DNA from: Candidatus Latescibacterota bacterium
Lineage (GTDB): Bacteria; Latescibacterota; UBA2968
NCBI GenBank assembly: GCA_965204375.1
Contig: OZ241986.1
Coordinates: forward strand, 1,120,001-1,184,000
Direction of reading: 5' to 3'
DNA length: 64,000 nucleotides
The first letter of the stretch is position 1, and every line of letters starts with the position of its first letter. Below the pieces are notes generated by a model. That model had not been told where the DNA came from and made no database searches. It saw only the letters and a program-made list of their open reading frames with translations. Below, piece after piece: positions 1 through 10,007 of the stretch. The position numbers and the translations under genes are program-made.

Positions 1-612
1 TCGCAGTCGATGCTGATTTTGTTCAATCGCAACGTGTTTTTGGGAGCCTCAATCCGAACGACCTGTCTGGCTGCTATTCCGCATATTTTTCGCATGTTTG
101 GCAATTCTCTACGCCGGCATCCGTGGATATGGGGGATGGTGCCGCTGGCGTATTTGGTCGGGTATATGAGTGCGGGTGGTTTTTATTTGTTCCGGTGTTA
201 TGACGAAGGCGGGTTGAATGGGCTGCTGGTGTCGTGGCCTATGGATTCACTCATTTCGCGGGTGCCCTATATTGAGGGCAGTAAAATATCGGTTTTTGAT
301 ACGCAAAAGCTCGGTGTGTGGTTGTTTGGGTTTGCAGAAGCGGGTGTTTTGACTTATTTGCGTTCGCAGTTTGCATGGTGGCCTTTCCATCCGGTCGCTA
401 TTGCGTTTCCGCCCGGGCGATATGCGTTTTGTTTGTTGCTCGTGTGGCTGGTGAAGGTGGCTGTGTTGCGATTTGGGGGCGTGCAGCTTTACAGGCGGTC
501 GCTGCCGTTCTGGTATGGCGCTATTGTCGGGTATTTGTTTGGCATTGCGCTGTCGAGTGTTGTGGATGCGATCTGGTTTCCAGATAGCAGGCATTTTGTT
601 CACGGTTGGTAA
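1..612 (+). CDS. DUF6785/DUF6784-type polytopic membrane protein, C-terminal part (5' truncated by window edge)
   Basis: Hydrophobic ORF with WWPFHPVA...LLVWLVKVAVLRFGG..LYRRSLPFWYG, matching the C-terminus of the paralog at 42307-44295 (WWPLHPVG...IAWLIKLVMLKVGG). Confidence 0.7.
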   Translation, partial: SQSMLILFNRNVFLGASIRTTCLAAIPHIFRMFGNSLRRHPWIWGMVPLAYLVGYMSAGGFYLFRCYDEGGLNGLLVSWPMDSLISRVPYIEGSKISVFDTQKLGVWLFGFAEAGVLTYLRSQFAWWPFHPVAIAFPPGRYAFCLLLVWLVKVAVLRFGGVQLYRRSLPFWYGAIVGYLFGIALSSVVDAIWFPDSRHFVHGW

Positions 613-626
613 AGGGGAGTGCGATT

Positions 627-2849
627 ATGTCTGATACAGAAGTAAAAAAGTTATATGGGAGTGCGACAGTGAGTCCAGCGGAAGATGTAGTGGCCGGGTC
701 CTGTGGCACATGGACGCTGACTTATACGGCGGGAGAAAAAGGGGTTGCAAGAGGAGGGACGATTCGGATTTATACGGATGCGGATTCAGACCGCGCAACC
801 CCTCAGATGGATGATCCCGCAGGTGAAGATTATTTGACGGTTGACGCGCCGAGAGAAGCGCGGGTGGGTGCTCTGGTGCAGAGTATGCTGTCGATTTTGC
901 TGACTGTAAATGGGCGCGCTTTGGCAGAGGGCGAGCAGGTTTCGGTGACTTATGGCGATACGACAGGTGGGGGACCGGGGTTTCGGTCGCAGACTTTTGT
1001 CGAGGCGCAGCACTTTTTCTGGGTGGCTGTCGATGCGGGGGATGGCGAGACTGCGATATTGCCCGATCCGCCGTCTTTGCGCATTGTGGGGGGCGAGGCT
1101 GTGAAGCTGGTGATCAATGCGCCGTCTATTGTCGAGTCAGGCAAACCGTTTCGCATTCAGGTCAAGGCCGAAGATGCATGGGGGAATCCAGCGGTCTCTT
1201 ATCGCGGGGATGTGGCACTCAATGGCAATGATGTGCGCGTGCCACAAACCGCGAGCTTTGGCGATGCAGATGGGGGTGTGCGGTGGGTGGATGAGTGTGT
1301 GGTAGAGCGCGGGGGGATTCACCGTATCGATGCCGAAGATGGTACACTGGTTGCGCAGAGCAATCCGATTGCGTGCCGCAATGCAGCACCGCAATTCGCG
1401 CTGTATTGGGGAGACTCACACGGCGGTCAGGTGGCTATGGCGGAGAAGATTCCCGATTTTTTCAGGTATGCGCGAGATGTTGCAGCTATCCACTTTGCGG
1501 GGTATCAGCGCAATGATCACGTTTTGAGCAAACGCGATTGGGTGTTGCAGCAAGAGACGGAACGCGCGTATAATCAGCCGGGGCAATTTGTCGCTTTGCC
1601 GGGCTTTGAGTGGTCGGCACAAACCACGCGGGGCGGGCATCACAACGTGTATTTTCGGCGGCACGATCAGCCGGTCCGTCGATCTGGACATGAGGGATTG
1701 GATGACAAGTCAGACGAAGATACGGATTTGAGGCATATTACCGAGGTCTATGAAGCGTATCGCGGGACGGATACGGTGATTACGGCTCATGTGGGCGGCG
1801 AGCATTCCGATTTGCAATACCACGATCCCTATCTGGAACCCGCTGTGGAAGTGACGTCGGATCACGGGACATTTGAGTGGATTTTGCAGGAGACATTTGA
1901 GCGCAATTATCGCATGGGATTTTTCGGCGGGAGTGATAGCCACAATGGGCGACCGGGTGGCGATACGCCGGGTTTTCAGCACCGGCGTTATGCCAAGGCG
2001 GGATTGGCCGCGGTTTATGCGCCCGAGTTGACGATTGATAGTGTTCTGGACGCGTATAAAGCAAGGCGCATTTACGCGACGACAGGTGCGAGGATTTTGC
2101 TGCATACCGCGTGCGAAGACCATTTGATGGGGGAGGAGTTCACAACGGGAACTACACCGCATATCTCGGCTTTTGTGGCGGGTACTGCGCCGTATGAATC
2201 TGTGGAATTGTACCGCGGTTTGGAGCGGATTTACAGCCATCCGATTGAAGGAGAGAAAGACCGCAATCGCGTGCGTATTTTGTGGGAGGGCGCAAGTCGC
2301 AAGAGCAGTTATTCCGGCGTGATTTGGGAGGGGATTCTGAGGGTTTCGGGGCGCGCGATTAATGGCGTTGAAAAGATTCGGTTTGACAGTCCGCGCTCTC
2401 GCGTTTTCGACGTGACCGAGGAGGGGTTGCGCTGGTATTCTGTGGCGTGTGGGTATCGCAGTGGTATTATTCTCGATCTGCCGGGCGATGGTGATGTGGA
2501 TATCGAATGCGTGGTGAATACTTCGGTTATTACCGGTCCCTTATTCGGCGATCAGGGTATCGAACCGCCGAGGCGCATGTCTTATGCACCTGCTGAAAAG
2601 GTCGGGTTTCACATTGGGTCAAGTGATCTGGAAAATGGTCCGGTGACAATGGAACTCGGTCGATTGAATCGGCGCGTGACCGTTGATTTCGCGCCCGAGG
2701 CACAGGCTGCGGGTGAGGTGTCGTTCGAGTTTACCGATGAAAACGCAAAGCCGGGCATCAATCCGTATTATGTTCGCGTGGTGCAAACCGATATGGAGAT
2801 GGCCTGGAGCAGTCCAATTTTTGTAGATTATGCCGTGGAGGAGGATTGA
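627..2849 (+). CDS. DUF3604-family PHP-like metallohydrolase
   Basis: Motifs YWGDSHG, GHHNVYF, AHVGG, VEVTSDHGTFEW, GGSDSHNGRPG, C-terminal YYVRVVQ..MAWSSPIF; ATG at 627 after GGGGAG RBS. Confidence 0.75.
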   Translation: MSDTEVKKLYGSATVSPAEDVVAGSCGTWTLTYTAGEKGVARGGTIRIYTDADSDRATPQMDDPAGEDYLTVDAPREARVGALVQSMLSILLTVNGRALAEGEQVSVTYGDTTGGGPGFRSQTFVEAQHFFWVAVDAGDGETAILPDPPSLRIVGGEAVKLVINAPSIVESGKPFRIQVKAEDAWGNPAVSYRGDVALNGNDVRVPQTASFGDADGGVRWVDECVVERGGIHRIDAEDGTLVAQSNPIACRNAAPQFALYWGDSHGGQVAMAEKIPDFFRYARDVAAIHFAGYQRNDHVLSKRDWVLQQETERAYNQPGQFVALPGFEWSAQTTRGGHHNVYFRRHDQPVRRSGHEGLDDKSDEDTDLRHITEVYEAYRGTDTVITAHVGGEHSDLQYHDPYLEPAVEVTSDHGTFEWILQETFERNYRMGFFGGSDSHNGRPGGDTPGFQHRRYAKAGLAAVYAPELTIDSVLDAYKARRIYATTGARILLHTACEDHLMGEEFTTGTTPHISAFVAGTAPYESVELYRGLERIYSHPIEGEKDRNRVRILWEGASRKSSYSGVIWEGILRVSGRAINGVEKIRFDSPRSRVFDVTEEGLRWYSVACGYRSGIILDLPGDGDVDIECVVNTSVITGPLFGDQGIEPPRRMSYAPAEKVGFHIGSSDLENGPVTMELGRLNRRVTVDFAPEAQAAGEVSFEFTDENAKPGINPYYVRVVQTDMEMAWSSPIFVDYAVEED

Positions 2850-2850
2850 A

Positions 2851-3645
2851 ATGGATGTGACGCGCATTTCAGCGTGTAGTTTTCCGCTTCGGGAAAGGGA
2901 TCTGGATTATACGTTTAAGGTGATTTCCGAAGCGGGGTTTGACAAAATTGATCTGGTGGGGCGCATGCCGCATTTTTCGGTGACGGACCCCGATTACGAT
3001 ATGGACGAATTGCGTCGGGTATGCGATAGGTACGGCGTGGTGTTGGCAAATATCGGGTCGTACTGTGGGCGAGATTTTATTGCTGCTTCAGAGGGTGAGA
3101 GACAGGCGGCAATGGATGAGATGAAAAGGACACTGGATGTGGGGAAGGCGTTTGGTTCAAAGTCCATTCGCATTATGCCAGGTGATGGTAAGCGCGCTTC
3201 GATTGATACGCTGGTGCCCTATTTTCAGAAATCTGCGGAATATGCCGAAAAATTGGGTATTTATATGGGGATTGAGAATCACGGCACTGAAATTTCTGGC
3301 AATCCAGAGGCGTGTCAGGAGATTTGCGAGAAGGTCGATTCAGAGTATTTTGGGATTTTGTACGAGCCGTGCAATTTGATGGCTGCGGGTGCAGATTACA
3401 AGTCCGCTTTTGAGGTGTTTAAGGATTATATCGTGCATGTGCATATCAAGGATGGCGATTACAACTCGGAAGGGAAGTGGGAGCGCTGTATGCTCGGTGA
3501 CGGTATTATCGATTATCACTGGGTGTGGGATCAGGTTGAAGCACTGGGCTATGACCGGGACTATGCACTGGAGTTTGAGGTGGGCGATATCGAACCCGTG
3601 GAGACGGGGTACCGGAAGTGGTATGAGACTTGGGAAAGAACGTGA
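2851..3645 (+). CDS. Sugar phosphate isomerase/epimerase (xylose isomerase-like TIM barrel)
   Basis: GIENHG, HVHIKDG, LGDGIIDY, ALEFE motifs; GGAGGA RBS. Confidence 0.85.
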   Translation: MDVTRISACSFPLRERDLDYTFKVISEAGFDKIDLVGRMPHFSVTDPDYDMDELRRVCDRYGVVLANIGSYCGRDFIAASEGERQAAMDEMKRTLDVGKAFGSKSIRIMPGDGKRASIDTLVPYFQKSAEYAEKLGIYMGIENHGTEISGNPEACQEICEKVDSEYFGILYEPCNLMAAGADYKSAFEVFKDYIVHVHIKDGDYNSEGKWERCMLGDGIIDYHWVWDQVEALGYDRDYALEFEVGDIEPVETGYRKWYETWERT

Positions 3646-3670
3646 GAAGTGTGAAGTAGGAAGTGTGAAG
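3642..3670 (+). repeat. 7-bp periodic tandem repeat (GTGAGAA GTGTGAA GTAGGAA GTGTGAA) overlapping the stop codon
   Basis: Read directly from sequence. Confidence 0.85.
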
Positions 3671-3710
3671 GCCGCTCAACACCGCCCCAAAGGCGGTAAG
3701 AGGTGAGGTG

Positions 3711-3764
3711 GTAGGGGCGAAAAATCTTTCGCCTGTCGTGTAGGGGCAACCCTTGTGGTTGCCC
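3711..3764 (+). repeat. Two GTAG-type REP palindromes
   Basis: GTAGGGGCGAAAAATCTTTCGCC (3711-3733) and GTAGGGGCAACCCTTGTGGTTGCCC (3740-3764): GTAG tetranucleotide followed by an imperfect hairpin, between convergent genes. Confidence 0.75.
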
Positions 3765-3766
3765 GC

Positions 3767-4441
3767 TTACAATACCGCAATTGCCGCGTTGAGGCGTGGG
3801 AGTATGCGGTCGGCGTTGTCGTGGTTTTGATGTGCGGTGAAGAAATTGGGCACGGCGAAGACGGTCATGCCAGCGGCTTTTCCAGATTGTACGCCAGCCT
3901 CACTGTCTTCAAATACAACGCAGGCTTCGGGTGGGACATCGAGTTTTGCAGCGGTTTTGAGGTAGATTTCCGGGTCGGGTTTGGTGCGGGTAACGTCGCT
4001 GCCCGAAAAAATAGCACCAAAAATGTCGTGGAGTGCGTTGGCATTTATATGGGGCAAGACGCCATTTTGAAGTGTCGTCCGCATGCGCTGGCGCGGCGTG
4101 GATGACGCAATGCCGAGTTTGTAGTGTTTGTTTTGAAGGTGTGATAGCAGGTCGAGGAAGCCGGGCATGAGGTCAATTTGATCGGGGTCTGATATCGCGG
4201 TTTCAAACCGGGTCATCCACGCTTCGTGGAAGTCTTCAGGACGGATCGGCAAGTCGTAGCGTTCGACGGCATCTGCGCTGTTGCTTTCCACGGGATGTCC
4301 AACACAGCGCACATAACCTTCGCGCGGTATGTCAATCCCCAGTTCGTTGAGTGTCTGGTTATAGGTGTTGTAATAAATATTTTCCGTATCAACAATCAGG
4401 CCGTCCATATCAAATATGACGGCCCGGTATGGTTTAGGCAT
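3767..4441 (-). CDS. HAD-superfamily phosphatase (beta-PGM/CbbY-like)
   Basis: IFDMDGLIVDTE motif I, ASST, KPDPEIY, VFEDSEAG. Confidence 0.9.
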   Translation of the reverse strand: MPKPYRAVIFDMDGLIVDTENIYYNTYNQTLNELGIDIPREGYVRCVGHPVESNSADAVERYDLPIRPEDFHEAWMTRFETAISDPDQIDLMPGFLDLLSHLQNKHYKLGIASSTPRQRMRTTLQNGVLPHINANALHDIFGAIFSGSDVTRTKPDPEIYLKTAAKLDVPPEACVVFEDSEAGVQSGKAAGMTVFAVPNFFTAHQNHDNADRILPRLNAAIAVL

Positions 4442-5693
4442 GATTTTGTCCTTCGGAAAAATCCTGAGCAGCGCGGATGTGTTGCGGCGTCAGATCTGGA
4501 AAATCAACTAACAGTTCATCTTCAGTCATCCCCCCAGCCAAGTATTCCAATACGTCATAGACGGTAATTCGAGTGCCTTTGAAGCAAGGCTTGCCACTAC
4601 GGACAAAAGGTCGAGGCTCAATATAGTCTTCAAAGCTCATTTTACGATACTTTGCAGCACTTTCTTTTATCCAATTCCAGTCTTCAGCCTGTGTAGCCTT
4701 AATGTAGTCTTCGAAGCTCATTTTGCGATACTTTGCGGCATCACGCATGATGTGATACCTTGCAGCATTCTCCTCTGGACTATTCCAGTCTTTAGACTGT
4801 GCGGTTTTATTGAGTCCATACTTGCGTATCCTCTGGGAGAAACCTGCGGTATCCGCGAGGGCACTCCATTTCTTCTCATTGGTAGCCACGACGTGGTCAT
4901 CATCAGTTGAGTAAAGAAAGAAATCAATATCTCCACTATCGTTTTTTTTCGGCAAAAGCCCTTCCGTCATGAGGCGGATCAAGTAGTATGTGTACATGTG
5001 GGCGTAGAACTCTATCCTGGTAATAGCATCGGTTAATTTATTTACTTTATGTTTGGTGACCACACGGATATCTTTATTGTCTGCCTTAAAGAAAGCACGC
5101 ATCTGGCAGGCGGATATAACCTGGGAAAACCATTCTCTCGATTTCATTGCGTAGAGGAACTTTTTCTTTTTTTCGCCTCGCAATTTAGGCACAGAAGAAG
5201 ACCGATTTTTTGGATCTTTTGCGTACCACTTTTGAAATCCGGGGATATTCTCCTCCATCAGGGAGATGAGAGAATCCACCCATTCTTGCTCGGCCTTCTC
5301 GCGCCATGTCGCTGTAAACGGTACATGCAAACTATGTCGGACAAGGGCCTCGTCGTCCGGTACGCCTCTGCGAACCTCCTCAAGGCTCTGACCTGTTGCC
5401 AGGGCGCGAACAGCATCGGAGTATGAGGGCGCAGGTTCCGCCAACTTGTAGCCAAATAACATCGTCAGATATGATTCAGGGTCGGGAAGTTCGTCTATCC
5501 GGTGCTTGAGAATGACGTTAGCCGCTGCCTTTCGATCTTCAAAAGACCGCTCATTGAGTTTGGATACCAACTCAATAATTGAGATGGGAGAGTAACAGAG
5601 GTGCTCTCCGGGTTGTCTGACATCCTCAATGCGGATGCGATTCAGTCCTATATCGTAAAGCACATTCGTTTCAAGAATCACTGTCTTAGCCAT
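4434..5693 (-). CDS. PIN-like domain protein fused to a C-terminal DUF433 domain
   Basis: N-terminal TVILETNVL, SIIEL, later GDIDF..VVATNEK (PIN-like); C-terminal RSGKPCFKGTRITVYDVLEYLAGGMTEDELLVDFPDLT (DUF433). Confidence 0.6.
   Translation of the reverse strand: MAKTVILETNVLYDIGLNRIRIEDVRQPGEHLCYSPISIIELVSKLNERSFEDRKAAANVILKHRIDELPDPESYLTMLFGYKLAEPAPSYSDAVRALATGQSLEEVRRGVPDDEALVRHSLHVPFTATWREKAEQEWVDSLISLMEENIPGFQKWYAKDPKNRSSSVPKLRGEKKKKFLYAMKSREWFSQVISACQMRAFFKADNKDIRVVTKHKVNKLTDAITRIEFYAHMYTYYLIRLMTEGLLPKKNDSGDIDFFLYSTDDDHVVATNEKKWSALADTAGFSQRIRKYGLNKTAQSKDWNSPEENAARYHIMRDAAKYRKMSFEDYIKATQAEDWNWIKESAAKYRKMSFEDYIEPRPFVRSGKPCFKGTRITVYDVLEYLAGGMTEDELLVDFPDLTPQHIRAAQDFSEGQNHA
4624..4740. repeat. 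Intragenic direct repeat (about 36 bp, 81 bp apart) encoding AAKYRKMSFEDYI twice
   Basis: tagtcttcaaagctcattttacgatactttgcagca vs tagtcttcgaagctcattttgcgatactttgcggca. Confidence 0.9.
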
Positions 5694-5706
5694 GTTGTGC
5701 TCCTTT

Positions 5707-5883
5707 TCATTCCCCTTCACGACGCAGGTTTTTTTGAGGAGAGACAGTACTTACCAGACGACTGCGATCTTGTATTTCAGCGGCTTTATAGCGGGCCATC
5801 AATTGGTTGAGATCGCCGCTGCACTCTTCCAGGAGTTTCAGCCTTGTCTGGTGAATTTCTTCAACAATGGGATCGCGTTTCAT
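5707..5883 (-). CDS. Small 'DPIVEEI' protein, putative antitoxin-like
   Basis: MKRDPIVEEIHQTR...; GGAGGAG RBS; paralog of 10008-10196. Confidence 0.6.
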   Translation of the reverse strand: MKRDPIVEEIHQTRLKLLEECSGDLNQLMARYKAAEIQDRSRLVSTVSPQKNLRREGE

Positions 5884-6045
5884 AGCTCTCCTCCGATCCA
5901 ATCCTCATGTCCCAACGGGATTATAGTGTGGATCAACTGACTTGACGTGATTTTCTATAATCGCAAAATGTACCCGGGCAAATCTAAGCGTGTGTCTTGT
6001 TTCTTTTTTAGGAAAAAGACTCAAGTACTGCGATTTGGTTGCGGC

Positions 6046-6250
6046 TTAACCCAATCGTCGATACGCTTCTTCTGCCCATGTCTCAAAACAGGGTACACTT
6101 ATACTGTTATAAAGACCTCCCTGTTGGTTGGGGTGATAGGGAGCGAACCACAATACGTCTTTCCCATTCATTTGGATGAGATGATAATTACAATGGTCAC
6201 TGATTCTTTGATACTCCTCCCCATGGTGGTCACAGGCTGGATCAATCTCA
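6046..6250 (-). pseudogene. Probable headless C-terminal gene fragment
   Basis: Open frame (...DVLWFAPYHPNQQGGLYNS...FETWAEEAYRRLG) overlapping the end of the upstream gene, no convincing RBS. Confidence 0.3.
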
Positions 6251-6745
6251 ATCCGGGAGATTGTAGTAACTCGGCTGGCGATGCGCCTTGCTCTCATCAT
6301 CAGCGCGAAGATGTTCAGCCAAAATGTGTACCTGAATTTCTGTTAATGATAGCAACAAATCCAGAAAACGATCATCGAAAGGCGTACTTTTGGCATACTG
6401 CAATCGACCTGCGAGTACTGCTGCCAGCTTTCTCCGTTTTTCCTCCGCTTTGGTCTTGGCGGCTCGTATTAAGACATCCTCCAGGAAATCGACAAATTCT
6501 TCGCTTTTAATATACGCGGTATCAATCTTGTCGGATTCAAGGGCTCGGAGGTTACGATCTAACTCCTCTACGAATTTCTCGAGACGCACCTGTTTAAGAC
6601 GGGCAGGTAAGTCAAAAATAGCCTCATTTAATGCTGTCCCGACTAATGGAATTGCTCCGAATAGCGAGCGAAAGAGTGTTTCAATAGCTTTCAGGTCATA
6701 AGCCTTTTGGAGGTGAATTTCGTCAACATTAGGATTGCGTTTCAT
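6248..6745 (-). CDS. Hypothetical helical protein, possibly C-terminally truncated
   Basis: GAIPLVGTAL...RLEKFVEEL...SEEFVDFLE..EEKRR pattern; AGGA RBS. Confidence 0.6.
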   Translation of the reverse strand: MKRNPNVDEIHLQKAYDLKAIETLFRSLFGAIPLVGTALNEAIFDLPARLKQVRLEKFVEELDRNLRALESDKIDTAYIKSEEFVDFLEDVLIRAAKTKAEEKRRKLAAVLAGRLQYAKSTPFDDRFLDLLLSLTEIQVHILAEHLRADDESKAHRQPSYYNLPD

Positions 6746-6804
6746 AGTTGCTTTCCTGGAGTTTCCAAGAGTTCTTCAGTATTATGTGCTGTTTTTCTGT
6801 ATGG

Positions 6805-9800
6805 TCATTCAGTCGGGATGGTCACCAGATTTTGCTCGACATCGGGATACACTGTGGCAAGCTCTTGTTGTATTCCCATCGTGATCCCAATGGCTGTTAC
6901 CATTCGGCAATAGGTGCGTATGTCATCGAGTTCGAGGGGGCGGTCTTTGCGGTCTTTTAACCATTTGTCGCAGACTTGATAGCCGCCGATACGGTATGCG
7001 TGAATTTCTGGAGAGATGGGGCCGAAATACTGCGTTTTGTTGATGTACATGCGGCATTCATCGGGGTCATAGCAGAAGCCTTGCGCTTTTGTCCGCATAA
7101 CGACCGAGTCGCCTTCGCCCTCGAAGCGGCAAGCGGGTGGATTGAGTTCTGGCGATGTGAGGAGATGGAGGTCGGATAATCGCTTGCCCAAAGATGCGAG
7201 TTGGGCAAACAATGCTTTGTCAGATGTGAAGGGTATGCGCGGAAAGTCAATCCGCAGGGACTCGGCGTATTTCTCTCGGTAGGTCGGGGCATGGAGGATG
7301 GCGTAGATATAATAGAAGATCGCCTCGGGCGATGGCTCGCTACCATGCGCGCTTTCCAGTGCCTCAAACAGATTCGGATTGAGGTTGGGTTGTCGCTCTG
7401 TTGGTTCGAGTTGCGCGAAGAGGTCATTGCGGTCAGCGGTGGGGTAGATGTAGAGGGGGAAGATATAATCAATGGTTTTAAGCGAAACAGCAACGTGTCC
7501 AGGGATGGTGTCTGAAATGAAGGCATGTTGCCAACTTCCTACATGCTCAACGCGCTTCGGCGTCATCAGTGCCAAATTCTCTCCAGCCAGCAGGTGTTGC
7601 ATAACTTCTGAGCGAGGCCGGCAGATAAAACCCCGTGACCGGCCCGTGTAATACGTGTGGCGCGTGTCAAATGGTCGATACGACACAGGGACAATCTTTT
7701 CATGTGAAGGACCAGAGTTCAGTAAGTCCTTTTGCGCCCATTCAACCTTCCAATCTTGTGCATCTTTGCCAAGCTGGTAAGCCTGTCGCGCCAGTTCTGG
7801 GTCCATCCCCGAAAAAGCGCGTACCGTATCCCACGCCTCTTGTTCTGACCAGCGAATCGTCAAGCGGTCGCGTGCGGTTACGATGCCGACGCTGTTGATT
7901 GGGAATATATCGGAAATAGAAGGGAACAGGCGATATTCGGCTTCGCGTGCGTCGTCGCGGGGGATGAACATATAGAATGGCGAGTGCGGGGTTATTTTTT
8001 GCCATTCCGTGCTACCGAGGTCATAATCGTCCAGATAGTCATATTTGTTTTCGCGTGTGCCGTAGCGTTCGGCGTGATGAATTATTGCATCGCGCTTTTT
8101 CTTTGCGCCGCGCTTGACGAAAAAAGCGATTGCCACACCTTGTCGGATATCGAAGACATTTTTATCGGGACTGCCGTCCGGAGCCGTCTCTTTTTTCAAC
8201 GAGTTGCCGTGCAGGTCGAGGATATAGATGTCGTCGAAGGTGCGCATCAGGCTTTGGCGCATGCCGCGAAAGGTGGGGTTGTCGAGGTAGCTGTGGTTGG
8301 TGATCATGCCGACGACGCCCCGCCCGGCTTGCTCAATTTTCCATTGGGCAAAACGGAGGAATTTGACGTAGTCGTCTTGAAGCCATTTCGGATTTTTCTC
8401 ACCCAACGGCTCGCCATCTACCTGTTTGTACCCGCCGATCAATTCGCCTTCCACCATCTTGCCATCAATCAATTCTCGTATCCAAGCGCCGGTGTTGCTC
8501 GAATGCCCCGAATAGGGTGGATTGCCCAAGATGAGGAGGATCGGAGTTTGCTTTTTGACCGCGCCAGCCAGACGCGATTCCTCTGCCAGCGCAGAGAGGC
8601 CGGGCAAGCGGCTCTGTTCCAGTTCCTCTGTGTCGAGGGTGTTGGTGAGATAGAAGGGTACGCGCTCGTTGTCGTCAAGGCGGTGGCCGAGTTCTTCGAG
8701 GAAAAAGCTCATCTTGAGATGCCCGACGGCATAAGGCGCCATCATCAATTCAAGGGCGTAGAAATTTTTGAGAATGTGGGAGCGGATGAAGTCTGTGCGT
8801 CCGCCGCTGCCGTATTTGTCCTCGAACTCGGCGACCGCTTGTTGCGCGGCGCGAGCCACAAAGGTCATCGTGCCGGCTGCGGGATCGAGCAGAGTGACGC
8901 CATCGGAGGCAAGGCCATCGCGTTTCTCAAATTCTGTCTTGAGCAGGTTGTGGAGGGATCGTACGATATAGCCGACGACGGGTTCGGGTGTGTAATAAAC
9001 GCCTCGTCGCTCGCGCTCGTTGGGATCGTATTGTGCCAGAAAGGTTTCGTAAAAATGCACGATGGGGTCGCTACCTTTGCCTTCGCGGTAGTAGTGTCCG
9101 AGGATACCGGGCGCGTCGGCTACGGCCAGAACTTCGGCGAGGTCATCCACGCACCATGCGAGAGGATCGGGTAAGTCGTCGAGTGAGATGTACCGGAACA
9201 GGTCTCGCAAGACGCCGATGGTATGTGGGATATTATCAAATGCCACGCGCCGATTGAAGCCATCGCCAGATCGGGTGCGGGCGGCGAACAGGCCGTAGGT
9301 GATGGTCTGCGCGAACAGGTCGGCGAAATCGTCGGGTGTCAATGATCCGATGAGGTAGGTTTGAAATGCTTCGAAGAAACCGGCGATTCTGCTGTCCTGT
9401 TCATCGCGTAACTGCTCGCCGATCACATCGCGGAGGAGGCGCGTGCGTTTCGCCAGTTCAACGGCGAGGGATTCAGCGGTAAATGTTTGGGGCAGCGCGA
9501 AGTCGAGGAATCGGTTGAGGAGGGCGTAGAGGTCGTTTTGATTTTCGAGCGGTGGCGTTGTGCCCAGTTTGTTGAGCACGATGGGACGGCCAGATAGGAC
9601 GGTTTCAACGCGCTCGCCGTTTCGATACAGGCGAAATTCGAGGAAGTTGGTGAGGATGAGATTCGGAAAGGTTTCGCGGTAGCGTTTGAGTTGTTCGGAA
9701 TTCTCGATTCTATCCAGTCGTTCGTCAGGCTTCTTGGCTTCAATATAGCCGATAATGCGGTCCTTCCCATTCCAGAGTCGGAAATCCGGGTTTCCGCCCT

Positions 9801-9972
9801 CGGTAGGTTTGGGAAGGGTGGTGACGTGTACCTGTGGCCGCTCGGTGACTCGGGCCATTTCCTTCAACATATCCGCCAGTGCCGGGTAGAAGCTCTCTTC
9901 CCGTGCGTCACCTTGCCGGGCTATGGCGGTGAGGTTCTTCAGATATCTTGAGAAGATGGTTTTCTGGTTCAT
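6805..9972 (-). CDS. Single-chain type IIG / type ISP-like restriction-modification enzyme (PD-ExK nuclease + N6-adenine MTase + specificity domain)
   Basis: PDFRLW...IGYIEAK nuclease motif; GVYYTPEPVV; LDPAAGT motif I; GNPPYS motif IV; C-terminal YRPFD and IGGYQVCDKWLKDRK; no helicase motifs. Confidence 0.88.
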   Translation of the reverse strand: MNQKTIFSRYLKNLTAIARQGDAREESFYPALADMLKEMARVTERPQVHVTTLPKPTEGGNPDFRLWNGKDRIIGYIEAKKPDERLDRIENSEQLKRYRETFPNLILTNFLEFRLYRNGERVETVLSGRPIVLNKLGTTPPLENQNDLYALLNRFLDFALPQTFTAESLAVELAKRTRLLRDVIGEQLRDEQDSRIAGFFEAFQTYLIGSLTPDDFADLFAQTITYGLFAARTRSGDGFNRRVAFDNIPHTIGVLRDLFRYISLDDLPDPLAWCVDDLAEVLAVADAPGILGHYYREGKGSDPIVHFYETFLAQYDPNERERRGVYYTPEPVVGYIVRSLHNLLKTEFEKRDGLASDGVTLLDPAAGTMTFVARAAQQAVAEFEDKYGSGGRTDFIRSHILKNFYALELMMAPYAVGHLKMSFFLEELGHRLDDNERVPFYLTNTLDTEELEQSRLPGLSALAEESRLAGAVKKQTPILLILGNPPYSGHSSNTGAWIRELIDGKMVEGELIGGYKQVDGEPLGEKNPKWLQDDYVKFLRFAQWKIEQAGRGVVGMITNHSYLDNPTFRGMRQSLMRTFDDIYILDLHGNSLKKETAPDGSPDKNVFDIRQGVAIAFFVKRGAKKKRDAIIHHAERYGTRENKYDYLDDYDLGSTEWQKITPHSPFYMFIPRDDAREAEYRLFPSISDIFPINSVGIVTARDRLTIRWSEQEAWDTVRAFSGMDPELARQAYQLGKDAQDWKVEWAQKDLLNSGPSHEKIVPVSYRPFDTRHTYYTGRSRGFICRPRSEVMQHLLAGENLALMTPKRVEHVGSWQHAFISDTIPGHVAVSLKTIDYIFPLYIYPTADRNDLFAQLEPTERQPNLNPNLFEALESAHGSEPSPEAIFYYIYAILHAPTYREKYAESLRIDFPRIPFTSDKALFAQLASLGKRLSDLHLLTSPELNPPACRFEGEGDSVVMRTKAQGFCYDPDECRMYINKTQYFGPISPEIHAYRIGGYQVCDKWLKDRKDRPLELDDIRTYCRMVTAIGITMGIQQELATVYPDVEQNLVTIPTE

Positions 9973-10007
9973 AGATCTATTCGCTTGCCACATACTATTT
10001 TCGGTGG

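Noticed and set aside
5947-6510. 187-aa plus-strand ORF
   Set aside because: Antisense to better-supported minus-strand ORFs; no RBS or motifs
7984-9174. 396-aa plus-strand ORF
   Set aside because: Antisense shadow of the restriction-methylase, with no recognisable motifs
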